Assembly (NCBI GenBank): GCA_964016885.1
Contig: OZ024742.1
Coordinates: 116,808,001 to 116,872,000, forward strand
Origin: Eledone cirrhosa
Taxonomy: Eukaryota
DNA length: 64,000 nucleotides
Direction: 5' to 3'
Notes under the pieces: generated by a model
Databases searched by the model: none
Seen by the model: only the letters and a program-made list of their open reading frames with translations
Told to the model about the DNA's origin: nothing
Shown: positions 29,071 through 44,205 of the stretch, piece by piece
Position numbering within the stretch: the first letter of the stretch is position 1
Layout of the letters: each line of letters begins with the position of its first letter
Program-made: the position numbers and the translations under genes

Positions 29071-30802
29071 ATCGCCAATCTCCTAAGAGTGGAACAATGA
29101 ACCATCTTCATCTTACAGACCCACACACACCCGGCCTGAACTCCCCACCCTTATTCCTTTAGCCTTTGACTGCTCCCCTCCCGCCACACATTTCCCCCAC
29201 TAATACCACTAACACACCCCTCGTTTTCACCGCCCACCCCACAACTAACAATACTAACACCTCCACCCCACATCCGACCACTCTTCCCCAACTAACATTC
29301 TAACATCCCTCCCTTCTTCTCCTTCCCCTCCTTATCACACGCACACACCCACCGGTACATATATACACGCGCTCACACTAAACACCCACCCTACTACCAC
29401 CATTGACCCCCACACATCCACCCCACCACCCCGCAACTAACATCACTAACACCCCCTGACCCCAAGCACACGAACACACACACCCACTTACACCACCCAC
29501 CCTACACGCAACTAACATCACTACCACCTCCCAACCCTACGCACACGTACACACACACCCTCTTACACCACCCACTCTACACACCCCACCACCACTGACC
29601 CCCACTCACACCCGCATTCAACCCTTTCTCCACCTCCTGTATACTAACACCCACTAACACTCCCTTCACCACACACACACATCAGTACACTACACTCCCT
29701 CCATCGGCCCCTCACCCTTTTCTCCCCGCTCCACCCACACCCTTTCTCAAACACTCACTCATCCCACTAACACCCCTACTAATACACACACACACCCTCC
29801 TCACTTCAACTTTCACATCTACCCATCCTCTCCCCTGTCCACCGCACACACTGACACACGTTCACTTACCATTCTACCCTACTGCTGCTATGCCCTCTGA
29901 CCACCTCCCCGCACACACAGACACACAACACACCTTCACTTACCATTCTACCCTACTGCTGCTATACCCTCTGACCACCTCCCCGCACACACAGACACAC
30001 AACACTCCTCGTGCCTTGACCATCTGACCACTTCCTGTTGCGCGCGCACCCCACATCTCCCCTCTTCCGACCAATCTCTTCACGGATTACACATATGTGA
30101 ACCTTGATCCCGAGAATCCACCGCATCCAAGGATTTTACTCAGCATTCCACCACATCTTTTTACGGAATTACCTTTATGACTCACCCCACACACACACCC
30201 AAAAAATATTTTTTTCCCACACGCCACCTACATCCACAACACGCATAAACACCACATACACACGTGCGTACCACCACATATTTACACATTCAGCCTCCGG
30301 AATCCTCTCCCCCCACCCCTCTATCCACACACGCACACACACTCCGACCTACACCCCATCCCACACACACCTCTTCCAGAACATGCAACCCCGTTCTTCC
30401 CCCAACCCTTGCTTTCACATACACACACACGTACACCTACACACACACACCACCTTCAGCCCTCCCCGCTCGGACACCCCGTAACCCTCTCCCCACTCCA
30501 CCCGCCACCACCCCTACACGCCCCACACCCTTCCACCACCTGTTTTATCCCATTTTAATTTTATTTTGATCATGCCTTTATTTTTAATTTCATTTGCACC
30601 GTTTCCTCTCATCCCCTTTTGCTATATGTCTCTCCACCACTCCCCTACACACCCTTTGAACTCTCTTCCCACACACTTTTTACCTGAAGAAGGGCATATG
30701 CCCGAAACGTCGTCCCCCACCACCACCTCACTCTCAAGAGCGTGAAATTAATAAACCTTTGTTTGTACTGCCTCTCTGTTTTGTTCCCGTTCAATTTTTC
30801 AC
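29071..30802 (+). mobile_element. Penelope-like element 3' portion (GIY-YIG tail remnant, long C/A-rich region, hammerhead, AATAAA)
   Basis: Start translates as [16 protein letters not shown].. and, after a frameshift, PGLN, like the GIY-YIG C-terminal E...I..L.T..P.GLN motif. Hammerhead at 30682; aataaa at about 30750; TA flanks. Confidence 0.7.
30682..30713 (+). ncRNA. minimal type-I hammerhead ribozyme
   Basis: ac CTGAAGA a gggc-atat-gccc GAA acgt C gt. Intact core and GUC site, loop-less palindromic stem III, only a 2-bp stem I. Confidence 0.75.
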
Positions 30803-31049
<247 letters not shown>

Positions 31050-31075
31050 GTATATGTATATATGTATATATATAT

Positions 31076-31109
<34 letters not shown>

Positions 31110-31145
31110 ATGTATATGTATATATGTATATATATATATATATAT

Positions 31146-31268
31146 TTGTGAAGGCGTGTGGCTGAGTGGTTAGAGTATTGGATTCACAATCGTGAGGTTG
31201 TGAGTTCGATTCCTGAACCAGGCGATGCGTTATGTCCTTGAGCAAGACACTTTATTTCACGTTGCTCC
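31146..31268 (+). mobile_element. family B (tRNA/CORE-type) SINE head
   Basis: A box TGGCTGAGTGG, B box GTTCGATTCC, TGTCCTTGAGCAAGACACTT. Confidence 0.85.
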
Positions 31269-31367
31269 TTCTACCTGGAGTTGCGACCGATAGATAGTAT
31301 TAGCAATTGGAAAGACCAACGGAAACATAGTTTCCTCGGTCCGATTTGACGAAAGTCGATCGACTAG

Positions 31368-31371
31368 AATG

Positions 31372-31408
<37 letters not shown>

Positions 31409-31665
31409 GTATATGTATATAAATATATATATGTATATGTATATATGTATATATATATATATATATGTATATGTATATATGTATATATGTATATATATAT
31501 ATATATGTATATGTATATATATATATATGTATATGTATATATGTATATATGTATATATATATATATATGTATATGTATATATATATGTATATATATATAT
31601 ATATGTATATGTATATATATATGTTTATATATATATATGTATATATATATATGTATATATATATG

Positions 31666-31696
<31 letters not shown>

Positions 31697-31705
31697 GTAT
31701 ATATG

Positions 31706-31754
<49 letters not shown>

Positions 31755-31773
31755 GTATATATATAAATATATG

Positions 31774-31808
<35 letters not shown>

Positions 31809-31809
31809 G

Positions 31810-31885
<76 letters not shown>

Positions 31886-31929
31886 TGTATGTATATATAT
31901 ATGTGTATATATATATATGTATGTATATA

Positions 31930-32004
<75 letters not shown>

Positions 32005-32024
32005 GTATATATATATGTATATAT
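31368..32024. repeat. (TA)n/(TATG)n microsatellite
   Basis: Direct reading. Confidence 0.97.
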
Positions 32025-34413
<2,389 letters not shown>

Positions 34414-34688
34414 ATATGTATATAAATATATGTGTGTGTCCATATCTTTTGTTTATGTCACTTGATAGTTTGAGACTATGTTGGCATGTCCATCAATTTT
34501 ACTAAGTATGAGTAACATCAGCTGTAGTTGGCTTTCATGGCCAGAAGGGAGGTTTTCTTTCATCAATTTCTTATTGTATGTGCATGCATTTTGAAAAATG
34601 TTTCCTGAACAAAAGGAATGAAAATTCTTAAATAAAATCTGCATTGTAAAACTTGTAGTTCAAATACTGAGGGTATATGAAAAATAAT

Positions 34689-34878
34689 TGTTTCTACTTT
34701 TGGCACAAGGCCAGCAATTATCCCAGTGCATTACTGGTACTTTATTTTATCAACCCCGTAAGGATGAAAGGCAAAGTTAACCTAGGCGGGATTTGAACTC
34801 AGAATGGCAAGTGCCGTAACTCTATGCATCAAAGCATGGCGTCCAACCCTCTACCGATACTGCCAATTCACCGCCCTC
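34689..34878 (-). mobile_element. full-length family A SINE with 18-bp TSD
   Basis: gggtatatgaaaaataat at 34671-34688 and 34879-34896. Confidence 0.9.
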
Positions 34879-37442
34879 GGGTATATGAAAAATAATGTTG
34901 AAAAGAATATACATTTATTGTCTAAATGTTTTAAATGAGTTATTCTTAATATGATTATATATAAATTAAATTTTAATTAATTTCATCTTCAGTCAACTGA
35001 TGATGAACAGAATTGATAATATTTAAATATTGATTTCTAATTTAGGCACAAATTTAGAACATTCGGAGGTGGGGAGGTCAAGGTTGATAAATTAACCCTG
35101 GAACTTGTTTAGTACTTTATTTTAACGAAGCCAGAATGTTGAAAGACAAACTTGACATTAGTGTGATTTGAACTCAAAATTTGAAGAACCAGAATAAATT
35201 CCACAATGGTACTTTATTCATTGCTCTACTAATTCTGTCACTCTACCAACGTCAATAAATGAAAATATTAAACAATGTTTATCTCTAAAAATGAGGTTTA
35301 TTGTCAAAATATCATAACTGTATTTACAGTATTCTTAGAAAGTCCCTGAACTGTATTAGAATGTTGGAGATATGTAAGTCAGTGTCACAGGGTTATCAAG
35401 ATATAACATTACAGAAGTCTAAAAACAAAAAGAGTTTTTGATGATGAACATTCAGTCATTTATTCAATGGAATGTTTGGCTCATGAATTAACAGTAAGAG
35501 TTTGAGTATTTCACAAACACTTGTGCCCTTACCATAATTCTCAGTGAGACACAATATGTGACATGGATGGACATTTGAATAATAGGCACAATCCATCTGA
35601 TGAACTTTTTAACCGATTTGGTCTGATTACTTTCAATCATTAAACTTGGGTTGAAACCAAGGCAATGGTAAAAAAAGAATAGCACAAGATGCCATACTGT
35701 GGACCAAACCTTGTTTGCAAAGCAAACTTCTTAACCAATCAATCAAACATACTGTACATTAAAAATATTTTTTAATCTGTCAAAATGCCTTCCACTCACA
35801 TAATGTGCTCACTTCTGAAAGTGGGTGAAGTAAGCAGAAACAGAATCAATCAGTTTAAGACTAAACTTTACTGGACAGTATTAGAAGAATCTCAAATTTG
35901 AATACCCTTCTAAAAAAACAAAAGTATAATAATTTTATCTTTTAAATGCACTGGAATTTGCAGATTTTGCCTATCAGCTTTTAAATCTTGGAAATATTAA
36001 AATACTCTTAGAATGCCAGAATGGTATTAAATAGAATATATACATATATAATATTTTTTAAATTGACATATGTCAGTGGTCTTATTGATAATATAATTAT
36101 TTGTCTTAATTTAGAAATAAATGTTCTAAGTTTGAAACAACCAGTCTGGTCTGGAACATCTGTACTAAGATTTTCAAATATACACAGCACACAAAAAAAA
36201 AAGAATTAAAAAAAAAGATAGAAATAACAAGAAAATATAACAAAGAGAAAATACTCCATACCATTGGTTGAACAATATAGCTTAGTTAAACCTTCTTTTG
36301 TGGAGGAAGGTGATATCTCAAGAAACAAAGGCACAACAAGAAATATGGTTATTTATTCATTGTACTCTTCTTTGCATCATCGATGACAAAGGCTGGCTTT
36401 ACGGTTAAAACAATAAGATTGACATCAGAGAGTTAAAAGAGATATCTCAAGGAAGTGGCATACCCTGCTAAAATGGAAAAGAGTTATCTCATCCAGGCAA
36501 CTACCATCACTGGGGCTGAGAAGAATGAGATCCCTGATGAAAACTGAGCTTCTAATATGATGGTGATTTAGTGTAGATATTAATATTATAATATTATAAA
36601 AAGAAAATTTTCGAAATTCAACATTCTGAGATAAAACGGTAAGAAATTCTAAACATAGTCATGATAAAAACATATTTAATCATTTTAAAGATATTTTTTG
36701 TATTAAAAATCTATTTTGCCTGAAAATATTTACTATATCTTGCACCATAAATATGTTGAATGGTATATATACATGGTACTTACAACAACCGGTAACCTAT
36801 ACCATTTCTACTCCACTTAACAATGGTTCTTAAAAATGGAATATTATTAGATTGCTGTTGAACACCAAGTCAGCCTTGATTGAGAAGTTCTATGTTCAAA
36901 GAAATTCCAGTCATTATGATTGTCCTGTCTTTTTGTATTGAACTGTATAATATGATACATAAAGACTTCTGAAATGTATACTATTTAATATACAGTATAG
37001 GTAATACTGTATAATGAAGAAGTTTACTTCACAACCACAAAATCCTGGGTTCTTTCCATCTATCTAGTTTTTCCTTTTCGTAAATACATACACACACATG
37101 TGTGTATGTCTGCACACATACGCACACACACATTCACATCCATGCGCATGCACACACACATGCACGAAATTGCTCAGAATATGATATTTCTGTTCTTCAT
37201 AAACAGAGTTCCCACCATTCAAAAGTTAGATGTGCAAAGACCTGCACCACCTTTGAAAACAAAAATCGATTTCTGGTTAAAAAATGCTGTCTCAAAAGGC
37301 CCTGTCCAACCCATGCTAGCATGGAACACAGATGTTGATGAGATATATATAAAGTATTATGTAGTTATTGGTATTATCAGTCTTGTCCAATTTTGTTTTC
37401 CTCTCATTGTTTCAATCTTATACATTTGTTCTATCTGAGATA

Positions 37443-37627
37443 GTGGATTGGCTGTATCGTAGAGGGTCGGACGCCATGCTTTGCAGCATAGAGTTACGGC
37501 CTTTTATAGTCTGAGTTCAAATCCCGCCAAGGTTAACTTTACCTTTCATCCTTACAGGGTCGATAAAATAAAGTGCCAGTAATGCACTGGGATAATTGCT
37601 GGCCTTGTGCCAAAAGTAGAAATAATT
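37443..37627 (+). mobile_element. family A SINE
   Basis: A and B boxes, central domain and 3' end all present. Confidence 0.85.
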
Positions 37628-38523
37628 AATTTGAATGTACTCCAGTTTTTTTTCTGAACCACATGGTAAATATGTAGAGAAAATATAGAATGTTATATAG
37701 TATACATGATTTTGTCATTCTATAACACTTCAGCATTTCCTATATGTAGCTAATTGGTAGTGTCATTAGAGCAGGTATGTCAAACTGAGGATCACCTGAA
37801 GGCCACATGGGTCACATATGTGTTGTCTGAGGGCCACACATGCAACTAATTGTACACATTCCAACTAATTTTTTTTAAATTTTATATTACGAGGATAAAA
37901 TGTTTGTGCTGTAAAAACCTTTGTGCAGGCTGCATGTGTGCTTGTAAAGGGCCACATGTGTGCTTGTAAAGCGCCTGCATTAGAGTATGCCATAAATGAT
38001 TCAGTACTTTTTCTGGCTTCCTGTGTTCTGAGTTCATAATTCACGAAGACGAACTTTGTTCATCATCCTTTTGGGATCGATAAATAAGTACCTGTCTAAA
38101 GATTTATAACTGACAAAATTGTTTAAGATTTGGATAGGCTGTTTTGTTGTATCTGTTTTGGCTTTGTGCTTTCTGAGTACAAATTCCATACCCTTTCACT
38201 GGAAAAGTGGAGATACTTCTACCAGGAGGTAGTATCAAAAATGGAAAGACCAATTGGAACAAAGTTTCCTTCTTTCAATATATCAATCAATTATTTTCCT
38301 TTTTTGTCATTTTGTCCTACTCTCTAATGACCCTGACAATTTGAGAGGACAATGATTTGCTTAAATTAGGAACTACCTTTGAAAAAGATCTCAATTTTAA
38401 TCCTTTCATTACCATAATTATTAACAACAAACATTTTGAAAATAAACAGGAATTTGGTAGTATTTAGTTATATAAACAGCTTTCTAATTATTAAGCTGGT
38501 GTTTGGAGCACAGATTGACAAAG

Positions 38524-38552
<29 letters not shown>

Positions 38553-38556
<4 letters not shown>

Positions 38557-39555
38557 TCATCATCATCATCATTTAACGTCCATATTCCACGCTTGCATGG
38601 GTTTGGACGGGTGTTTTCCCACTTGAGGCAAGATTGGTTGTTTTGCTCGCATAGGACTGTCTGGCGGGTTTTCTACGGCTGGATGCCCTTCCTAACACCA
38701 ACCACATTTACAGTGTGGAACTGGGAGGTTTTTACCGTGTTATCTACACGGCCACATTACAGCGTGGACTGTGTGTTTTTTGTCGTGACACCTACACGAC
38801 CTCATTTGTTTCGGGCTGGATGTTGTGGTACCAACATAACTTTACATTGAAAGGGGTGGTGTGGATGGAGTGGGGGTAGTGGGACGGGGGTGTATTTTGT
38901 TACAGGTGCCTACTGACTGTAGTAGGTTTCACTTTGTACTTAGGTAAGGCGGGTCTTCTCTATTACTGTGTAGCGCCAAAGCTCTCGGTCCAGTGACATT
39001 GTCTTGGAGAGGTGTAAGTGTGTGAGGTCGGAATTTATCAAGTCATCCCAAGTTTTTCTGGGTCTGCCTACTCCGTGGCTACCATCTATTTTTATTGCCC
39101 TGCACTTTTTTATACAGCTGTCGTCTTTCATGCGCATCACGTGACCATACCAACGTAGCCTTCTCTCGAGTAAACAACATCTGATCCCTCTTATTTCTAA
39201 TTTTTCCCTTAGCTCGCTTATGCTTTGCCGTTCACGTATATTACTATTACACATCCAGCGGAGCATGCAAGCTTCGTTCCTCTCCAGTCGGTGTATATCC
39301 TCTGCACACAATGCCCAGGTCTCACTACCATGCAACATTGCTGTTCGTATGCAGGCATCATACAGCCTGCCTTTCATTTTTAGGGAGAACCCTTTAGCGG
39401 CTAATAGTGGTATAAGCTCTCTGAACTTTTTCCATCCAGTTCTGACTCTAGCTACTGTACTTTCAGAGCACCCTCCCCCACTGCTGATTGTGTCACCCAG
39501 GTAACAGAAGCTGTCCACTATTTCTATAGAACCATCTGTGCAATGGAATGAGCTA
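38553..39555 (-). mobile_element. 5'-truncated RTE LINE
   Basis: ORF 38940-39575 matches the last ~200 aa of the 41410 ORF; full 3' UTR, (GAT)n tail and TA flanks. Confidence 0.92.
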
Positions 39556-40013
39556 GTATATATATATATATACATATATAATTGTTTCTACTTTAGGCAC
39601 AAGGCCAGCAATTGCCCAGTATATTACTGGTACTTTATTATATATATACATATATAATGGAAGGTTTTCTGCTATCATATAACCAGGGGCAGTTTCAGAT
39701 AATTTGGAATCGAAAGGGTTACCTTTTGGAACTCATATTGTATAGAAAATATATTATTGTCCTTGACCTTTCTATTTATAATATTTCATTGGAAACTTTA
39801 GCAATATGTTAATATTCTTGATAGTCAACATGCTGTGTCTTCCCCCAATTCTTTTCTCTCTTTTCCTTTCAATCACTCTCTTTTATGTGTACAGAGTAAT
39901 AAGTTAACTTACAAAAAATCATAATAATAATAATGATTTAAAGAAACAAAACTGCAAATACCAAATTTCCCTCTACCTTCCTCTTTCTCTTTATATAAAT
40001 ACACACATATACA

Positions 40014-40074
<61 letters not shown>

Positions 40075-40479
40075 CTACCTATATGTGTGTTTATTCTCAA
40101 TGCACTGTGTTAGAACAGTTTTATTGAAGCAATAATGTAGAAGTTTTTAAAAATGATTTTTAATTTTTTTTTAAATCAATAAGATTCGTCATTCCTACTT
40201 CTCTAAAAAGCTATTTTTCTTTCTTTCTGTTGTCTCAGAAATTATTTTCTTTTTCCTTGAACATAATCTATGAATCATTTTATTTTCGTCATTCATAATC
40301 TATAAATTATTTTATATTCCTTGTTCATAAACATTAAAAGTATAAGAATAATCGTTATTTACTTTTCATTTTTAATACCCCCAGAAATGAAAATGAAATG
40401 GAATAAAGAAAAGTCTTTTCTCATATAGCAAAAGTTTCTCAGAAACTTCAAATAAAGTATTACGAATGAGAATTGAAAA

Positions 40480-40900
40480 AGTCAAAATTCTATTTGTCCA
40501 CTAAACATACTAGACATGTAAATAAAGTGAGAAAGATATATTTACCAATATTTGTGTGTGACACATGCACAGAGATAGTTGGTAATAAGAGCACCAGTGA
40601 AATAAATATTTCCCAATGTGGGGAGAGTTTCAAAAAGGCAGTTAATAACTTTTGTTACCTAGTTGGCCTAATTAGCAATGAAGGAGGTTTTTCTGAAAGC
40701 ATAGTAGCTAGCAGAACAAGCTGAAAAAAGTTCATGGGTGGCTACCATTGTTGATAATAACAACATAATCTCTCTGAGCAAAAGTCAGATTGTATGATGC
40801 CTCTGTGCAAAGTGCAATGTTGCATGGTAGTGAGTCATAGGCAGTGAATTCAGAGGATATGTGAGGACTGGACAGAAATAAATCAAGCATTCTCCAATGA
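40480..40900 (+). mobile_element. old RTE remnant, 5' part (continues at 43939-44205)
   Basis: Decayed FVCDTC..VNNFCYL..GGFSES, LYDA and MLHGSE motifs. Confidence 0.7.
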
Positions 40901-40901
40901 A

Positions 40902-43900
40902 TCATCATCATCATCATCATCATCAGGTTTAGCGTCCGTGTTCCACGCTTGCATGGGTTTGGACGGGGGTTTTCCCACTTGAGGCAAGAGTGGTTGTCTT
41001 GCTCGCATAGGACTGTCTGGCGGGTTTTCTACAGTTGGATGCCCTTCCTAACACCAACCACATTTACAGTGTGGGGCTGGGAGGTTTTTACCGTGTTGCC
41101 TACACGGCCACATTACAGCGTGGACTGTTTGGCGGGTTTTCTACAGCTGGATGCCCTTCCTAACACCAACCACATTTACAGTGTGGGGCTGGGAGGTTTT
41201 TACCGTGTTGCCTACACGGCCACATTTACAGCGTGGACTGTGTGTTTTTTGTCGTGACACCTACACGATCTCATTTGTTTCGGCCTGGATGTTGTGGGAC
41301 CAACATAACTTTACATTGAAAGGGGCGGTGTGGGTGGGGTGGAGGTGGTGGGACGGGGGTGTGTTTTGATAGAGGTGCCTACTGACTGTAGTAGGTTTTT
41401 ACTTTGTATTTAGGTAAGGCGGGTCTTCTCTATTACTGAGTACCGCCAAAGGTCTCGGTCCAGTGACATTGTCTTGGAGAGGTGTAAGCGTGTGAGGTCG
41501 GAATTTATCAGCTCGTCCCATGTTTTTCTGGGTCTGCCTACTCCGTGGCTACCGTCTATCTTTATTGCCCTGCACTTTGTTATACAGCTGTCGTCTTTCA
41601 TGCGCATCACGTGACCGTACCAACGTAGCCTTCTCTCGAGTAAACAACATCTGATCCCTCTTATTTCTAATTTTTTCCTTAGTTCGTTTATGCTTTGCCG
41701 TTCACGTATATTACTATTGCACATCCAGCGGAGCATGCAAGCTTCGTTCCTCTCTAGTCTGCGTATATCCTCTGCACACAGTGCCCAGGTCTCACTGCCA
41801 TGCAGCATTGCTGTTCGTATGCAGGCATCGTATAACCTGCCTTTCATTTTTAGGGAGAACCCTCTAGCGGCTAATAGTGGTATAAGCTCTCTGAACTTTT
41901 TCCATCCAGTTCTGACTCTAGCTACTGTACTTTCAGAGCACCCTCCCCCACTGCTGATTTTGTCACCCAGATAACGGAAGCTGTCCACTATTTCTATAGA
42001 ACCCTCTGCGCAGTTGAAGGAGCTAGTATTTTGTGGGCACTTGCTGCTACTTATTGCACCAGAGCACCGGCCACATGTAAAATCTATGTTCTTAGTTAGC
42101 TTACCTGTGATCCCACTACATCTTTTATGCACCCATACTTTGCATTTGGGACATAAAATGGAGTTTCTACCTACGCCTTTCCTACACACTGAGCATGGCC
42201 ATTTCCCCGATGGGACCGCCGCCTTATTTTCTTTCCTACAAACTAGAACTTTAGTCTTAGCCAGGTTAATTTTAAGGCCTTTTGATTCTAGGCCGTGCTT
42301 CCACGTTTGGAATTTCTTCTCTAGTTCGGTCATTGATTCAGCTATGAGCGTTAGATCATCTGCGTATAGGAGTTCCCATGGGCAGCCGGTCTTGAACTCC
42401 TCTGTTATAGCCTGAAGGGCAATAATAAATAGTAGGGGGCTAAGTACAGAGCCCTGATGGACACCAACTTTTACGCTAAACTCTTCACTATATTCGTTGT
42501 TAATTCTAACCTTACTGACTGTTTCTTTATACATGGCTTGTATAGCTCTCACAAGCCATTCGTCAACACCTAGTTTTCTAAGAGACCACCAGATAATGGA
42601 ACGGGGGACTCTGTCGAAGGCTTTCTCCAAGTCGACAAAAGCTAAGTATAGGGGTTTACTTTTAGCTAGGTACTTCTCCTGTAGTTGTCGTACAATGAAA
42701 AGAGCGTCTGTGGTACTTTTGCCTGACACAAACCCGAACTGCATTTCATCTAGATCAATTCTCTCTCTGATTAGTTGTGCTATTACTTTTTCCGTGACCT
42801 TCATGACCTGGTCGATTAATTTAATGCCTCTATAGTTACTCCTATCTAGGGCATCTCCTTTTCCCTTATAGCAGTTAACGATGATGCTGCTACGCCATTC
42901 CTTCGGAACAACCCCATTCTGTACGACTTGGTTAACTATCCGGGTGACCATGGTGTGTCCCACCGAACCAGATGCCTTCAGCATCTCAGCAACTATTTCC
43001 GAAGGCCCAGCCGCCTTACCCGTCTTCATATCTTTGATTGCCTTACTTATTATACTACCTTCAACTAACACTGCTGGTCCCTCTATTGGATCGATCTGGG
43101 GGAGACTGTCTTTCTCCCATTTGTTCTCCTCATTTAGAAGCCTTTCGTAGTGACACTTCCAAGCTACCTTCTTATCAGCGTCGGTGATGGCAAGTATGCC
43201 ATCATCGTTAAGTACACACTTCTCCCCGACAATATCACGGTTTTCCTTGACACATTGCCTGGCAATCCTGAACACCTCACGTTTTTGGTCCTCACGTTGT
43301 AGAACATGCTTGAACTTTCTTTCCTCTGCTTCCCTTCTTGCGAAGTACACTTGTCTCCTAGCTTCCCTCCTGGCCACTTGATAGTCTTCTCTACTTCCCC
43401 CATCCCGCCATACTTTCCAAGCCTGCTTTTTGGCCTTAATTGACTCCTCCACCTTACTGTTCCACCACCATGTTACTCTCCTCCTACCTACAGGCCTGCT
43501 CCAGCCACAGACTTCGTCTGCCGCCGTCAGCAGGTTTGCTCTCAGGAATTCCCACTGTTCCTCTATATTATACGACTCTAATTGCTCTTCCTTACTGTCG
43601 AAAGCGTCAAGTAATTTGCTTTGAAATTTATTTCTGGCTATGGGGTCCTTTAGCTTCCATATTTTTCTCCTGAGGATAGTCCTCTTCCGCTGTCTAGTAC
43701 GTCTCGTCCTGACTATGAGGTCGCTAATTATCAGTCTATGTTGGGAGGTGAATTCTTCATGGGGGTGGGATTTAGTGTTAACAACAGACACTCTGTCACG
43801 TCTTCTGGTAAGGATATAATCTACCTGGCTTGTGTGTTCCCCCGATCTATAGGTGATCAAGTGATTGTCTCGTTTTTTGAAGTTAGTGTTACAGATAGTT

Positions 43901-43938
43901 AAGTTATTTGCGTCGCAGAATTCCAGGATTCTGGAGCC
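40902..43938 (-). mobile_element. young RTE-clade LINE, 5'-truncated inside the endonuclease domain
   Basis: Uninterrupted ORF, ~500-bp 3' UTR and (GAT)n tail. Confidence 0.95.
41410..43860 (-). CDS. RTE ORF: APE C-terminus, reverse transcriptase, embedded PHD finger (frame stays open to 43938; no true start codon)
   Basis: SQVDYIL, SQHRL, NYRGI, QFGF, FVDLEKAFD, GVHQGSVLSP, YADD, FRYLG, RLRWYGHV, GRPRKTW. Confidence 0.9.
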   Translation of the reverse strand: MITYRSGEHTSQVDYILTRRRDRVSVVNTKSHPHEEFTSQHRLIISDLIVRTRRTRQRKRTILRRKIWKLKDPIARNKFQSKLLDAFDSKEEQLESYNIEEQWEFLRANLLTAADEVCGWSRPVGRRRVTWWWNSKVEESIKAKKQAWKVWRDGGSREDYQVARREARRQVYFARREAEERKFKHVLQREDQKREVFRIARQCVKENRDIVGEKCVLNDDGILAITDADKKVAWKCHYERLLNEENKWEKDSLPQIDPIEGPAVLVEGSIISKAIKDMKTGKAAGPSEIVAEMLKASGSVGHTMVTRIVNQVVQNGVVPKEWRSSIIVNCYKGKGDALDRSNYRGIKLIDQVMKVTEKVIAQLIRERIDLDEMQFGFVSGKSTTDALFIVRQLQEKYLAKSKPLYLAFVDLEKAFDRVPRSIIWWSLRKLGVDEWLVRAIQAMYKETVSKVRINNEYSEEFSVKVGVHQGSVLSPLLFIIALQAITEEFKTGCPWELLYADDLTLIAESMTELEKKFQTWKHGLESKGLKINLAKTKVLVCRKENKAAVPSGKWPCSVCRKGVGRNSILCPKCKVWVHKRCSGITGKLTKNIDFTCGRCSGAISSSKCPQNTSSFNCAEGSIEIVDSFRYLGDKISSGGGCSESTVARVRTGWKKFRELIPLLAARGFSLKMKGRLYDACIRTAMLHGSETWALCAEDIRRLERNEACMLRWMCNSNIRERQSINELRKKLEIRGIRCCLLERRLRWYGHVMRMKDDSCITKCRAIKIDGSHGVGRPRKTWDELINSDLTRLHLSKTMSLDRDLWRYSVIEKTRLT

Positions 43939-44205
43939 AATGTGAAATGTTATTCTGCATGAAATACAATGGACAGAGGAGATGATAAAAAATAACTAGG
44001 CATAAGACGAATCAAATGTTGCATGTAGGAGTGAAAATTGCATTGGTATGGACACATAATGTGTATGACTGATGATCATTTAGAGAAGTACCCAGCAATC
44101 AAAAATGTCTGAAACTCACTGAGGAGATGGCAAAGGAACATAACAGGTGGAAGGAAGTAATCAACCCATGCAAGTATGGAAAGGTGGATGTAAAACCATG
44201 ATGAT
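43939..44205 (+). mobile_element. old RTE remnant, 3' part
   Basis: Decayed LGIRRIKCC..WYGHIM, then cccatgcaagtatggaa and a GAT tail. Confidence 0.65.

Noticed and set aside
30104-30569. His/Thr/Pro-rich ORFs
   Set aside because: By-product of the C/A-rich low-complexity region.
31150-31225. tRNA gene
   Set aside because: It has A and B boxes but no proper acceptor stem and runs directly into the SINE core.
41690-43673. Plus-strand ORFs over the RTE, and minus-strand ORFs over the CR1-group LINE
   Set aside because: They are antisense shadows of the retrotransposon ORFs with no recognisable motifs.
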